Assembly: GCF_018350175.1 (NCBI RefSeq) | Contig: NC_058368.1 | Location: forward strand, 188,048,001 to 188,112,000 | Reading direction: 5' to 3' | Length of the DNA: 64,000 nt | DNA from: Felis catus | Lineage: Eukaryota | Shown here: one piece after another, positions 37,286 through 49,699 of the stretch | How the letters are laid out: each line of letters starts with the position of its first letter | How positions within the stretch are numbered: position 1 is the first letter of the stretch | Notes under the pieces: model-generated | What the model was told of the DNA's origin: nothing | Seen by the model: the letters and a program-made list of their open reading frames with translations, nothing else | Database searches by the model: none | Position numbers and translations under genes: made by a program

Positions 37286-38139
37286 TATTTGATTTTTCTA
37301 GGTTCTACCTTGGAGAAATGGGATGCATTTTGTCTGAATTTATTTGGGCTGAAATTATCCCAAACATAACAAGGGCGTTTAACAGGAACTGAGACATGAG
37401 AAAACATGAGTGATGTCTGTAACATGTGGTGCACAGAGTCATAGAGTCATGGCTATGCAGAGAACTCCAGGGTTCAAACTCTAACCCTGTTGCTGCTGGC
37501 AGCTGTAAGACCTTAATCAAGTCGCTCGCATAGCCTCAGTGGTCTTACCTGCCTCCTTGGGTAGGTATGGAGATTAGGTTAATTTCTTGGATGCAGTAAC
37601 ATGTAATATAATATTGTGTGCACCTTTCAGGCACGCAATAAATGACAGTCATTAATATTACCAGTCTTTGGGCTCTGCCATTGACACATTTTCCCCTAAA
37701 GGGGCAAGGGGAAGCTGAGGCGCAAGGAGGCCAAGGGACTTGCATAAAATTTGAGCAAGAACTAACTTTAGGACATGCTTTTGAGCTCACTGGTTCTGAG
37801 ACCAGCTCCTATCCCCGTTCCTGAGACCCATCACCTCTGTGTGCAATCAAAAGGCAACAGAAGTAATAAAGATCTCATGTTAGCTGGTTATTTTGGGGTG
37901 GGAAGGTCTAAAGTAAGTTTTACTTACCTTCCTTATTCTTTCCTGTGTTGTTGGAAATTTACTAATGAGTACATAGTATTAAAAATAAATTTTGAAAAGT
38001 TTGTAAATAGCAGTGAAGCCATTTTTATTCTGGGAAACAAAGATCTGTCTCACTTTGGGTTCCTCTCAAAGCTGTGCATGAGATGAAGATTTGGGAACAG
38101 GTAGTTTATGTTGAAGGTGATTGAAGTCTAACTTCTGTT

Positions 38140-38217
38140 TTTCTTTTCTTTTCTTTTCTTTTCTTTTCTTTTCTTTTCTTTTCTTTTCTTTTTTTTAAGT
38201 CTATTCAATTTTTTTTT

Positions 38218-38250
<33 letters not shown>

Positions 38251-38420
38251 CAAGCGAGCATGCATGTGAGTGGGGGAGGAGCAGAGAGAGAAAGGGAGAG
38301 AGAATCCCAAGCAGGCTCCATGCTGACAGTGCAGAGCCCCATGCAGGTCTTGATCCCATGAATCCTGAAATCATGACCTGAGACGAGGTCAAGAGTCTGA
38401 ACTGAGCCACCCAGCCATCC
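38140..38420 (-). mobile_element. Can-SINE whose tail has become a (GAAAA)n microsatellite
   Basis: (TTTTC)n 38140-38195, then gagagag...gagaatcccaagcaggctcc...actgagccacccagccatccc. Confidence 0.93.
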
Positions 38421-38984
38421 CTGACTCCTCGTTTTCTAATGAACAAGAAATATTAACGACGAACATTTCTCAAGTGTGGATCATTGTCAAGAGTGTGTTA
38501 CCAGGGATTACCCAAATAACAGGGATCCATGGTGAAATGAGTTTGGGAGATGCTGGGACAAAAAGTTTGTTTTTGTTTTTGTTTTTTTGTGTTTTTTTTT
38601 TGTTGTTGTTTTGTTTTGTTTTGTTTTGTTTTGTTTTACTGCAGGACTTCTCCGGGGTTTTGTCCTGCTAATACACAGAGAATCTCTTGAGAGGGACTCA
38701 TAGCACCATTCCCCATTGTTATCCTAAAATTATTTTGTAGGGTCAATACTCTTGTGAGCATTTTGGGAAACTTTGGATGATCTCAGAGGTCATTTCAAAC
38801 TATAAAGTTAGTGATTTCTGTGATCTCACTTAATCTTTTCCCCAAGTCGTCAAGATGAGTAACCACGTTCAAAATCATTCATCAAAACCAAGAAGCCGAT
38901 TATGTGCAGAACAGGGACTCAAAGCCAGATCTTTGAACTTTTTTTTTTTTTCATACCAGATGCACAGAGGGAGGACGGCAGGCA

Positions 38985-39431
38985 TTATCGTCAAATTGTG
39001 ACCCTGTAAAAGATATTAATCCCCAGTACCTCAGGATGTGATCTTACTTGGAGCCTTTATAGAAGCAACCAAGTAAAAATGAGGTCCTTAGGGGAGCCCT
39101 AATCCAAAATGACTTGTGTCCTTGTAAGAAGGGGGAATTTGAACACAGATGCTCATAGATGGAAAATGCTGTGAAAACACAGGGAGAAAGCCAGGTGAAG
39201 GCGGAGGCAGAGTCTGAAGGTATGACAACACAAGCTGAGGAACATCTGGGGCTATGAGAAGCTGAAAGAGACCAGGGAGGACCTTTGTCATACATTTCAG
39301 AGGGAACATGGCCATGCTGCCAACTTGATTGTGGACCTCTAGAATCCAGAGCTGTGCAACAGTAAATTCCTGTTGCTCTAAGCCACCCAGTTTGTGATAC
39401 TTTGTTACGACAGTTCTAGGAACTACTATAG
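38985..39431 (+). mobile_element. MLT1 (B/C-like) solo LTR
   Basis: ccccagtacctcaggatgtgatctta...gccctaatccaaaatgacttgtgtccttgtaagaaggggg...taagccacccagtttgtgatactttgttac. Confidence 0.85.
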
Positions 39432-41652
39432 CTGATGTAACAAGAGCCCTGGAATGTGGCTTCCCGCTCCTTTTCAGTCAGACTCAAGTCTGATCTACAA
39501 ACACAGCAGGGCACTAGATGGCCTGTAGGGAAAGCTAGTGGCTTCAGCCAGGGGAGACAGTGCCTCTGTTTAACAGCTCAGTACAAGGGGAGTCTCCATG
39601 CTTCCCTTGGACCCCGTCTCCTTCTTCCCCTGTTTTCTCGCCTTGGCAGCAAACAAGAGAACTTCGAGGCTTGTAAACCTTTATAAATAAATGGAGCCCC
39701 TGGGATGTTCACTTTCCAGTGTGGCTGGGCAGGGCTGTTTCCTTGTGTCGGGCTGCCGGGCCATGGAATGTGACCTCTCTCTGTGGGAAGAGCCAAGAGC
39801 AAGTTTTGCCAGTGGAGTTGGCAGGTACGGAGCTGCTCCCAGTACAGACACCTGTTGCTCGAACCTATTTGCAGAGACCTCCTGGGTGCTTGCTGCCCCA
39901 CCAGGCAGGGCTCCAGCCTCTGACTGTGTGAGTCATTTCTGTATCATTGTAAGACCTTCCACTGATGTGCCCATCACAAGATACTGGGGGGCTCATGAAC
40001 TGATTTAATCCCCTCAGTGACTCTAGAAAACAGGCAGGGCATCCCCCTTTTACTAATGAGCAAACTGAGGCTCAGACTGAGGAAGGGACCCTTCCCACGG
40101 TCATAGAGTTAGTTCATGGTAGAGGAGAGACTCTCCTGAAAAAGAAGCCACCCATGGGAAGAGCTGGATGTCTACCTGAGAAAACATAGGTGCAAGGCAG
40201 TGGGTGCTTGGCGGGCAGAGAAAAAAGCAGCCTCCAGTCACCCCACCCCTTTGCCTGCAGCTGACCCGGTGAGCGCTGGTCCTTCTGTGGTAGATAGACT
40301 CAGCTTTGAGAAGACGACATCATGCTGATGCGGGGTGGGCTGTTGGGCCAGGCAAGGGCCTCGGCAGCTCGTGGGAGCTGGGGAGCCAGAGCGGCTCTCG
40401 GCCCACAGAGGCGATTTCTGCATTTTACTCTAAGGGCCTGTGAACAAAACAAAACAAAACCTGGTCCGAACTTTCCAAAATGCTCTCAAGTACTGCCAAG
40501 GCTGGATCTGTTTTCTGAGCCACGCTGAGGCAGCCTTATCTCCTACTCCCTTCAGAGGAAAGGCACTGTAACCCTTTGGGGGCAAGCATTTGTCTTGAGC
40601 AATGTCGAAACTGCTGGATCATGCTTGTTTCCCCAAGGAGGCTCCTGGCTCCCACCCCTGTGCCCCTCATGCTGAGATACTCCAAACAGCAGCTGAGAAA
40701 CAGGGTTGGGATAAAATGCAGGGTGAAGAGGTCCGTTCTGCTGCAGGTGATTAACCCCATGGCCCCTCAGTATTGAATAAGAGGCCCAAGTCCTTGAACT
40801 GTTCACTCTTGTCCTGTAGAAACGTTTGTTCCCTGCCTGGCCCCCAGCACACATCTCACAGCGACACTTCACTGCTTTCAGAGTCTTCCATGGCTCCCTA
40901 TTGTCTCTACCTTCTAAGATGAAGTTAAAATTCCTTAGACTGGAGTTCAAGGCCCTTGAGGGTCTGGCCTCAGTGTTCCTCTGCAGCCTGTCCTTTCTGG
41001 GGTCTCATGTGAACCCAGACCAGCTTTACCCTGGACTTGGAGTTCCTCAAAAGCACTTGGGGATTCTATTCCATCGTGTCCATGGGAAAGACCGGTGTAG
41101 TGGAGACAATGGTAGGTGCTTGATTTGTAGCTGTTGAGTCAAATCATATCTTCTTTTCCTCTCTAGTCATCTTTACAGAACACAATAAAAATAAAGACAT
41201 AGGTAAAAGTAGCTATGAAAAATTGACCTTAAACAAGGGTGATTGCCACAAATTCCTGATGCTCTCACGTCTATCCAGCCTGGATTGTAGGAGGGTTGTC
41301 TCGGAATTAAAAAGAGCAAATTAGAGCTATTGTCCTGCCCCTTGACTGGGGGCCAATAGCCCTAGAATGGACTATCCCACCCACTACTAGCCTCCATCAC
41401 ACTCTGCCCCCTTCTCCATATTAATCACTCAAGCAGAGAATGGGGAACTATGGAAGGAACCTGGGAATGCCAGAGAATATGGAGGGAAAACAACATTTTG
41501 CAAGAGGGCACCCTTCTTTTCTCTGTAGGGGACCAAGTCACGTTGGTCCTGATAAGGCAGCAAAAACCATTTTGGATGTAGGATTCTTGGGTTGGGAAAA
41601 ACCCGTTAGGCCCAGTAACCTTATGGTGTGAGCTATAGTAGGGTGTCTCTCA

Positions 41653-41725
41653 CTTCTCATCCAGGGGCATTTTTGCCCCCGTAGGGATATTAGGCAATGT
41701 GCAATGTCTGCAGATGACTTGGGGT
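41653..41725. mobile_element. MER20 fragment
   Basis: ttctcatccaggggcatttttgccccc..agggatattaggcaatgt. Confidence 0.55.
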
Positions 41726-43058
41726 GCTCTTCCCCAGGTCACGACGCAATGCTTCCTCAGAGAGGTCGTCCCTGTCTATCTCATAGTTGCTGTCTATGGT
41801 AATCATTTCACTTAATATTCTTCATAGTACTAACAATATATGATATTATCCTATGTGTTTGTGTACTTGTCTATGTTCCCCACTAGGAAGAAAGTGCCAA
41901 GAAAGCAGGACTCCTATCTGTCCTGTTAGCCCCTACATCCCAGTGTCTAGGGCAATGGCAGGTGAGAGGAAGCTTTCATCCTTGGTGGATGTTCATCCTT
42001 AACTATTCATCCTTCACTACCTGTCTACATTTCACTTCCTTAAGCCTAGGTAACTCCTTCTTTTTGTGACTCCTGTTAGCACTCTATAGCGCTGATAGAC
42101 TTTTGTCTACTCTGTTGTACATTTGGATTCTGTGGGCAGTGTGTTAAGCCTTCTGCCCTGCTGTATTCTCCTTGAGGACAAGGACTGGGCTTGACCTCTG
42201 GTTGTATTTCCTGATTTCTTCCCACAGTTCACACTGCACAGAGTACTGCCTGGATATCTGTCGATGTCTGTTGCATTCGATTCCATTCTGATTGCCTCCC
42301 CAGCAGGGACAGGGAGCTTTCTTCCCCCCAGGGGTCTTCAAGGTAGAGATCTAGTCTTTAGCAAACTAGATTTCACACCTAGTGAATTCTCAGGCAGACA
42401 AGTGATTGTTATGGCAAGAGGTTGTTGAGTCAGGCTATTGTCTGAGTTCCTCTCAGTGTATTTTCTCAGCAGAATCTGAGAAATCATGAAAGGATGAATA
42501 GGGCACTGAAGCAGTTACAAAGTTCCATACTATCAGTGAAATGTGGTTTCTGATCTTCACGTAATCACTCTTCTAAGCTGGGCTGAATAATGTTCTCAGA
42601 TTCTTTTTTTTACCAGAATAATTCCTTGGGGGAAGAGGAAACATTACATTCAAGAGAGCTAGAGCTGGGAGGGACCTTCCAAATAATGCAGCCTGACTCT
42701 CCTTAATAAAAGCCAAGGAGCGTGAAGCCCCCGAGTTGTATTCAACATCACACAGGAGTCGGGGGCAAATGTCGGGTAGCCAGGCTGGCCTCTGGGCCCT
42801 TGGTCAGTGCTGTTTTCATCGAAATGTGAGGCCCTTGATCCCAGCAGCTCTCCTGATGCTGTTACACAACATGTTTCTTCCCCCAAACTGCAGATTCCAA
42901 TCCTTCATGCACCCTGGCTGGTGGGATGGGGTCCTGCTTCCCTGGCCCGCTTTCAAGGACATCAGGAAATCTCCCCTTTCTCCCTCCCCACCCCAGTCTC
43001 CCAACCTGGCCAGTCGCTGGTGCCAGAAATTGCACCATCAGAGACGAGCTACTCTATT

Positions 43059-43260
43059 ATTTTTTAAAATTTATTTATTTATTTTGAGAGAGAGAGAGAG
43101 AACCAGCAGGGGAGGGGCAGAGAGATGGGGGACAGAGGACCCGAAGCGGGCTCTGTGCTGACAGCAGAGAGGCTGATGCAGGCCTCAAATTCACGAACTG
43201 TGAGATCATGACCTGGACTGAAGCTGGACGCTCAACTGACCCAGCCACCTGGGTGCCCCC
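43059..43260 (-). mobile_element. Can-SINE
   Basis: ttttaaaatttatttatttattttgagagagag...gtgagatcatgacctgg...agccacctgggtgccccc; no clear TSD. Confidence 0.93.
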
Positions 43261-43515
43261 CATAATGTGTCTTTAGACCAAAGATTGCAACCTCAAATGC
43301 CTATGGGGGCTGAGCAGGTAATATAAATGGTGAATTGGCACAGGTGGGGCTGTGGTGGGCTGGAGTGCGAGAGAGGGTGCAGGCCAAATCCAGAGGGCCT
43401 GAAAGGGCCGCAGTGGCTCTGCTCCAGCCAGAGGACCAGATTCTTTGTGTTTTGAGGAGAAGCCAGAAATGTGAGTTTTTTATTCATTTGTACTCTTCTG
43501 AATTTTAAGCCCAGG

Positions 43516-43516
43516 C

Positions 43517-43550
<34 letters not shown>
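43516..43550 (+). repeat. (CAA)n microsatellite
   Basis: About 11 perfect CAA units. Confidence 0.95.
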
Positions 43551-43551
<1 letters not shown>

Positions 43552-43719
43552 AATAAAGGACCGTCTGGCTAAAAAATCAACCAAACAAAGCTCTCGCTCT
43601 TCAAGCTGGATTAGATTTTTTGGTTTTTTTTCCACAGGAGTATGCAGCCATTTATAGTTCTTTCCAATGGAGAGGGGATGAGAGAGATCAAAGAAGTAAA
43701 ATGTTTCCTCAGGGAACTT

Positions 43720-45105
43720 CATGGAAGCCAAATCTGGGTGGCCGGTACAAAACCCGGAGTCGGGGGAGGCGAACGAGGTGCATGGGGTGCAAAAATTAAG
43801 GGGGGCTCACTCTCAGGGCTGACCCTGAACTTGCATGAGGAGTGAGCCCCTCCAAGCACTGGACTGAGGCGGTATGCAGGGGAGAAAGGAAAACCGTATC
43901 TACAGGTCAGGCTGAGTGGAAAAGACCCCAAGAAGCAGGTAAAGTGGCTTGAAGGCCGCAGGAGGCCCGTCTTGCTGGAGGTATGGTTCTGCTCTGACCT
44001 CCCTGCCAGAGAGGGGGCTGGGCAGAGTGTGTCCTGTTTGCTTCCCTGATGCAGCCACACCCTCTGGAAGACTCCACTCGGTCTTGCCCCAAGTGACCTC
44101 AGTGGAAAGTGTGAGAAAGCAAGGAGCAGCAGTTGTTTTTAATCTCCAGACCCAGCAAGGCAAACAGTTTCAACACTGTGCCTGGGTCTAGGGCCTCAGT
44201 CTCTTTGATTGTCCAGGAGCCTCCCCCCTCCCCCCAGTGGCCGGGGGGGAGGGGGGGGACCATTTGTGGTGGGGGTGGGGCAGGGGGTGGGTGTCAGCTC
44301 AGTCAGAAGCCCCAGGAGCGGGCATCCACAGCTGCTGTTTCCTGTGGGCTGACTTGTTGGGGGGGCAGGGCAGACTTGTTGCACTGGTTCATTCTGACAA
44401 GGGGAAGGCTCGGCCTTTGCAGGACATGGCCTCCCTGCCTCCTGAGTGGAGCTTGGCAGGGATCTGGAGGAGCAAGACTGAGTAGCAAATCCTGCCGCCT
44501 GTTTGGCTCTCCAGCCAAATGCCTGCGGTTTCGGTCCGGTGTCGGGGACAGCTGGGTCTGTTTTGGTGTTCAAACCAGGGAGGAGGGATGTGGTTTCAAC
44601 ATTGAAAAAATAAATTGTTTTAAGAGAGAGACAGAGAAGGCTTCCAGCGGGAGTCCTTGAAGGCTCTAACCCCGCCTGGCCCCTCACAATGTCAGAGAAT
44701 CAACGCCTGACTCGAGCCAGGAGTTAGCAGGCGGGCCCCAGGGAGATGACAAGCAACGGCCCTGGAGTGGCACCAGTTATCCCCAGGATGCCTGGAGGGC
44801 CCACAGGGTCTCCGGGACCCCCTCATTCACGGATCCTGGCTGCCAGCCACTTGCTGTTTTTTTAATACCTGCCGCAGGTAACTTTTGATACCCCCAAATC
44901 CTGTGGGGGCTGCTTGAGGGAGCCAGCAGGGAGGAGGGACTCCGGGGGGCAGGAGAGAGATGACAGCTGTCTGCAAATGCTGGATGTTAGAGAAGCTGTC
45001 AGTTGGAAATGGGGAAAAAAATAGACTTCTCTGGGACCCCAGACTTTATAATTAGGACCAGAGGTGGAGCACCTTTTCCTGCTCATATAAGCAAAACCAC
45101 AACAG
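43720..45105. promoter_or_regulatory. Candidate enhancer- or promoter-like GC/CpG-enriched unique region
   Basis: Largely repeat-free with locally raised CpG. RUNX-type sites at 44265 (TGTGGT), 44524 (TGCGGTTT), 44589 (TGTGGTTT) and 45094 (AAACCACA); ETS TTTCCTGT at 44338; E-boxes CAGCTG at 44329 and 44549. Motif presence only, no functional data. Confidence 0.35.
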
Positions 45106-45111
45106 ACCCAA

Positions 45112-45139
45112 TTATTTTTTTTAAAGTTTATTTACTTAT

Positions 45140-45184
<45 letters not shown>

Positions 45185-45348
45185 AGGGGTGGCACAGAGA
45201 GAAAGAGACAGAGGGAGAGAGAGAATCCCACGCAGGCTCCACACCGGCAGCACACAGCCTAACATGGGGCTCTATCTCACAAAACGTGAGATCATGACCT
45301 GAGCCAAAACCAAGAGGTGGGCACTTAACTGAGCCACCCCAGGCGTCC
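45112..45348 (-). mobile_element. Can-SINE
   Basis: Reverse SINE with long (GA)n; TSD CAGACCCAA at 45103-45111 and 45349-45357. Confidence 0.95.
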
Positions 45349-45774
45349 CAGACCCAACTCTTTTTTTAAGCAATCGGGGATGTCTGCCGATTGTTGTGTC
45401 TTATCTCAGTCACCTCCTTGGTGAAGACTTCCACGAACAACTCCCCGTGGCCCCCATTTCAATTTGATCCTCTGCCCAGTTACTCTGTTCACCTCCTGCA
45501 AGTTACTTACCAAATTCAATACATGTCACTCTTCCTGCCTGCTTACTTGTTTATTTTCTGCCTACGAGTCTGGACGGTAAGCTTCACAAGGGCAGAGATC
45601 TTTGTGCCCTGTTCATCCTAGCACGGGGCCCGGCACATAGTAGCTCACGCCGGAACAAAGAGTGAATGAATACTTCGGGAAGAAATAAATTCCCTACCAC
45701 TGGAAGGGCTTAGGCAGAGGCTGGGTGTCTGATAGTCAGGATGCTAGAAAACCCTCCCTCCTCTTCCCTGCACT

Positions 45775-46150
45775 GGTTCATGTTATGCTGGCTGCTGTGA
45801 CCAACAGACCCAAACTATATAATGGCTCAATCATGAAAGAGTTATTTTTTCCTTATGTAACATCTCAGCTGGGTATTTCTGATGGAAAGGCAGCTCTTCT
45901 CTAGAAAGTGGTTCAGGGATTGAGGCCCCTTTCATCTTGTGGTTTCATCATCTTCAATATGTGGTTTTTTTAGGTCCCCATGCTCAACAGCATCGAGTAG
46001 TTAGGGGAAGAGGTAACTAGAGGCCATGCCTGGAAGAAGGACACATTCCTTCCATTCACATGCCATGGGCTGGAACTCCATTGCCTCCAATTGTGAGGTT
46101 TGGGTCATGGTCCAAGACAGAGGGGAGATGAGCTTGGTTCCTCATCTGTC
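45775..46150 (-). mobile_element. MLT1 (I/J-like) LTR
   Basis: atgctggctgctgtgaccaacagacccaaa...aatggctcaa...gttcagggattgaggcccctttcatcttgtgg. Confidence 0.55.
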
Positions 46151-46330
46151 AGGCTGAGCCACGCCTGTACTGGGCAGGAGGTGAGATCAGGTGGCTTCCG
46201 GGAACCACTCCAGTTTCCAGCACTTACGTTTGAAAGTTTGTGTTTCCCTTTTGCAACAACTTTGCACATAAGGGGAAGTCAGGTACTTGTCACCCCTCTT
46301 TCTTATCTAGCTTTCTAATTCTTTTTTCTT

Positions 46331-46693
46331 TTTCTTTCCAAGTTTTTATTTAAATTCCAGTTGGTTAACACAGTATAGTGTTAGTTTCAGGTGTAGGATT
46401 TAGTGACGCATCACTTCCATACCACACCTGGTGCTCATCACAACGAGTGCCCTCCCCAATACCCATCACCCATTTCCCCCACTGCCCTGCCCACCTCCCC
46501 TCTGGTAACCATCAGTGTGTTCTCTACAGTTAAGAGTCTGTTTCTTGGTTTCTGCACCCGTCTTCGTTTTTTCCCTTTGCTCATTTATTTTGTTTCTTCA
46601 ATTCCACATACGAGTGAAGTCATGTGGTATTTGTCTTTCTCTGACTTACTTCGCTTAGCATGGTACTCTGTAGCTCCATCCACGTTGTTGTCA
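46331..46693 (-). mobile_element. 5'-truncated carnivore L1 (3'UTR only)
   Basis: ttaaattccagttggttaacacagt...tagtttcaggtgta...ctccccctctggtaaccatcag...ggtatttgtctttctctgacttacttcgcttagcat; 17-bp TSD TCTAATTCTTTTTTCTT at 46314-46330 and 46694-46710. Confidence 0.9.
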
Positions 46694-48590
46694 TCTAATT
46701 CTTTTTTCTTTGGCTCAAGAATTCCCTTGGGCATTTCTGGTGTGCCATCATAGACAGTGAGAACATTTGCTTACGCGACCACAGAAATACCCAAGTCACA
46801 CAGACCTGGGCAGGAACCCCAGCTTCATCACTCCCTGGGTATGTGGCCTTGGGCAAGTGATCCCACCTTCCTGTGCCTCTACTTTTCCCTCTGGAAATTA
46901 AGGCCAACAGGATCAGTAATATTTACTTCATAATACTGTGAGGCTTAAGAGAACAGAGGTGTACCATTTATGAAGCGTTTACTCCAGGTCACTGTCCTGA
47001 GGACCTTATTTTCATCAACTTTTTACAGTTTTCATAACCAATCTATGAAGTAGACTCTATTATTAGCTCTAGGTTTATAGAAGAGAACACGAATCACTGA
47101 GAGACAAAGCAGCTTGCCTGAAGTCATGCTGCTAATGCGTTGGGAACGGGGTCTTGACCGAAGTCATGCAATTCTAGAGTCCACAGGGCATGTACAAAAG
47201 GACGGCAATCGTGGGTACCATGAGGCTGACTTTTTGTGGTTATCATTTGTTCCAGAGCCTGAGCCATTCTAGGCTTACTTATAATAATAGTCATGATTTG
47301 CAAGACATTTCACAGTCTATAACGTGCCTTTATGGCTCTTAGCTTAATAGTTCTTCACTATGACTCCGAGGTACTTTCACTGTGGTATTCCTTTTATTGA
47401 GGATTAAAAATGAGCCTCAGAAGGCATGAGTCACTGGCCCAAGGTCACACAGCCAAAAACTGGTGCAGTTGGCTCTCAAACTCTGACAAACTCTTCTGAC
47501 AAGGCCGTTGTGATGGTTAAATTCAAGTTAATATTTGTTAGGCACTTAGAATGGTGCCTGGCACATAGTAAGCATGAAGTGTTCATTAAGTTAAGTGATT
47601 CAGTAAATATTATACCCTGCCGACCTCTTCAACAAAACTTTCTCTAGCACCTGCTACCATCTGGGAAGTTAGGGGGGAGCCATACCAGTGATCCCAGGTC
47701 TCTTGTTCCCCCCCTCCCCCCCAGCACCCCTGGGCCAGTGTCCTTAAGCTGCCTCTTGGCTGGGCTGGTCTGTTCACCTTCTCTCCTCACTTTGGTCTGC
47801 ACTTCTGGCAACTCCTCATGATCTGGGCATGTCCCCGCAGTTAAAAAAAAAATGGCTTCCCATTGTCCCTGCTTGCTTATATATAACCTGAGGGAATCAT
47901 CTTCTGGAAAGGTGTTGTTAGTAAGCAGTGGTCTAATGGGTCATAGTGACCTCTCAAATAGCTTGCTTACTTTATAACAGGGGGTCCAATTAACCTAAAG
48001 GAATACGGAGTGGCAGAATTTCAGGCTTCTGCACAGCCAGTTGGGAAGACACTTTTGGATGAGAGGGGCTGCAATCACACCATGGACACTTGTGAAGAAA
48101 GGGACAAGACTGCTCAGGGTTTACCTGAAGGCCCTTCTGATTGGGGGTTGAGATCCTTCCCTTTCGCTCTGCCCACTTTCTCAAAGCTCTTCCTTAAGTT
48201 GCTTTAGCAAATTCCTAACATTCCTTGTCAGATCTGGCCCCAAATGACTTCTAACTCATGTTTTCAGTGGAACAGACCCAGAAATTCCCAAACAATGAGG
48301 AAATGAAGTCAAGACACATGTATACATTTATTCAACAAGTTTTACTGAACCTCTATTATATGTCAGGTTCTGTTCTAGGCACTGAGGAGGCAAGGTGAGC
48401 AAGCCAGACATCCTCCTGAGGCTTTTGAGGGGGCCTGTGAAATGTGGTTCTGCCTTTCAAACCCAAGGTGGGAGCTACCTGTGCAGATCCCCTAAAGTCT
48501 CTTGGGATTTAAGATCTAGGATCTTCCGACACGACAACCTTTTATGGTGGTAGTTCAAAGAACTCCTTCCTGCTGCAAGTAAAGACGTCA

Positions 48591-48768
48591 GGATGCCTGG
48601 GTGGCTCAGTCGGTTGAGTGTCTGACTTCAGCCCGTGAGTTTGAGCCCTGCATCAAGCTTGCTGCTGTCAGCACAGAACCCTCTTTGGATCTTCTGTCCC
48701 CCGCTCTCTCTGTCCCTTCCCTGCTTGTGCTCTCTCTCTCAAAAATAAATAAATCTTTAAAAAAAATA
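48591..48768 (+). mobile_element. Can-SINE with internal deletion
   Basis: ggatgcctgggtggctcagtcggttgag head; TSD CAAGTAAAGACRTCA at 48576-48590 and 48769-48783. Confidence 0.95.
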
Positions 48769-48819
48769 CAAGTAAAGACATCATGAAGATTGGGTGTATC
48801 TGAGACTTCCAGCCATATC

Positions 48820-49172
48820 CTGATATTCTTGTTTTTTCTTCTCTAGTAGTAGAGAATGGCTGGGCATTTGGCTACAGAGAATACAGATGTTATATTCTGT
48901 CTTCTTTGCCTCTGTGAGTGTCCACGTGGCTAAATTCTGACCAATGAGATGTGAGCAGAAACATGGGTACAACTTCTGGTTATGCTCTTAAAGGGAAGAT
49001 GTGTTCTCCCTCTCCATTTCTTCTCACTGCAGGGAGCAGGGATGTGGTGAGACTTCATGCACCATGGGAATAAAAGCACTCCTCCCGGGGGAGGGTGGAG
49101 CAACAAGTAGCTTTATGTTTAAGCCAGTGATATTTGGGGGGCCTCCCTATAGCACCTGCTTAGCTCTATCTG
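48820..49172 (+). mobile_element. MLT1 (I/J-like) LTR
   Basis: ccacgtggctaaattctgaccaatgagatgtgagcagaa...acaacttctgg...tgtttaagccagtgatatttgggg. Confidence 0.6.
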
Positions 49173-49196
49173 TTAGTAAGAAAGTGGATGGGGATA

Positions 49197-49409
49197 GGGG
49201 CGCCTGGGTGGCGCAGTCGGTTAAGCGTCCGACTTCAGCTCAGGTCACGATCTCATGGTCTGTGAGTTCGAGCCCCGCGTCAGGCTCTGGGCTGATGGCT
49301 CAGAGCCTGGAGCCTGTTTCAGTCTGTGTCTCCCTCTCTCTCTGCCCCTCCCCCGTTCATGCTCTGTCTCTCCCTGTCTCAAAAATAAATAAAATGTTAT
49401 AAAAAAAAA
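49197..49409 (+). mobile_element. Young felid Can-SINE (SINEC_Fc-type)
   Basis: Near-consensus, CpG-rich ggggcgcctgggtggcgcagtcggttaagcgtccgacttcagc; TSD AAAGTGGATGGGG at 49181-49193 and 49410-49422. Confidence 0.97.
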
Positions 49410-49418
49410 AAAGTGGAT

Positions 49419-49677
49419 GGGGCACTTGGGTGGTGCAGTCGATTAAGCCTCAGACTTTGGCAAGGGTCATGATCTTGAGGCTCAGTAGATTAAGCCTCCG
49501 TCTTTCAGCTCAGGTCATTGTCTCATGTGCGGTTGGTGGGTTCAAGCCCCATGTTGGACTGTGCTGACAGCTTGGAGCCTGGAACCTGCTTCAGATTCTG
49601 TGTCTCCCTCTCTCTCTGCCCCTCCCCTACTCTCTCTCTCTCTCAAAAATAAATAAACATTAAAGCAAAAAAAAAAA
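49419..49677 (+). mobile_element. Older felid Can-SINE with an internal duplication
   Basis: ggggcacttgggtgg...gctgacagcttggagcctggaacctgcttcagattctgtg; TSD AGTAAGAAAGTGGA at 49175-49188 and 49678-49691. Confidence 0.93.
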
Positions 49678-49699
49678 AGTAAGAAAGTGGAGTTTTCCG

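Noticed and set aside
44133..44687. Overlapping 175-aa and 163-aa ORFs on opposite strands
   Set aside because: Expected from stop-codon scarcity in GC-rich DNA; no recognisable product.
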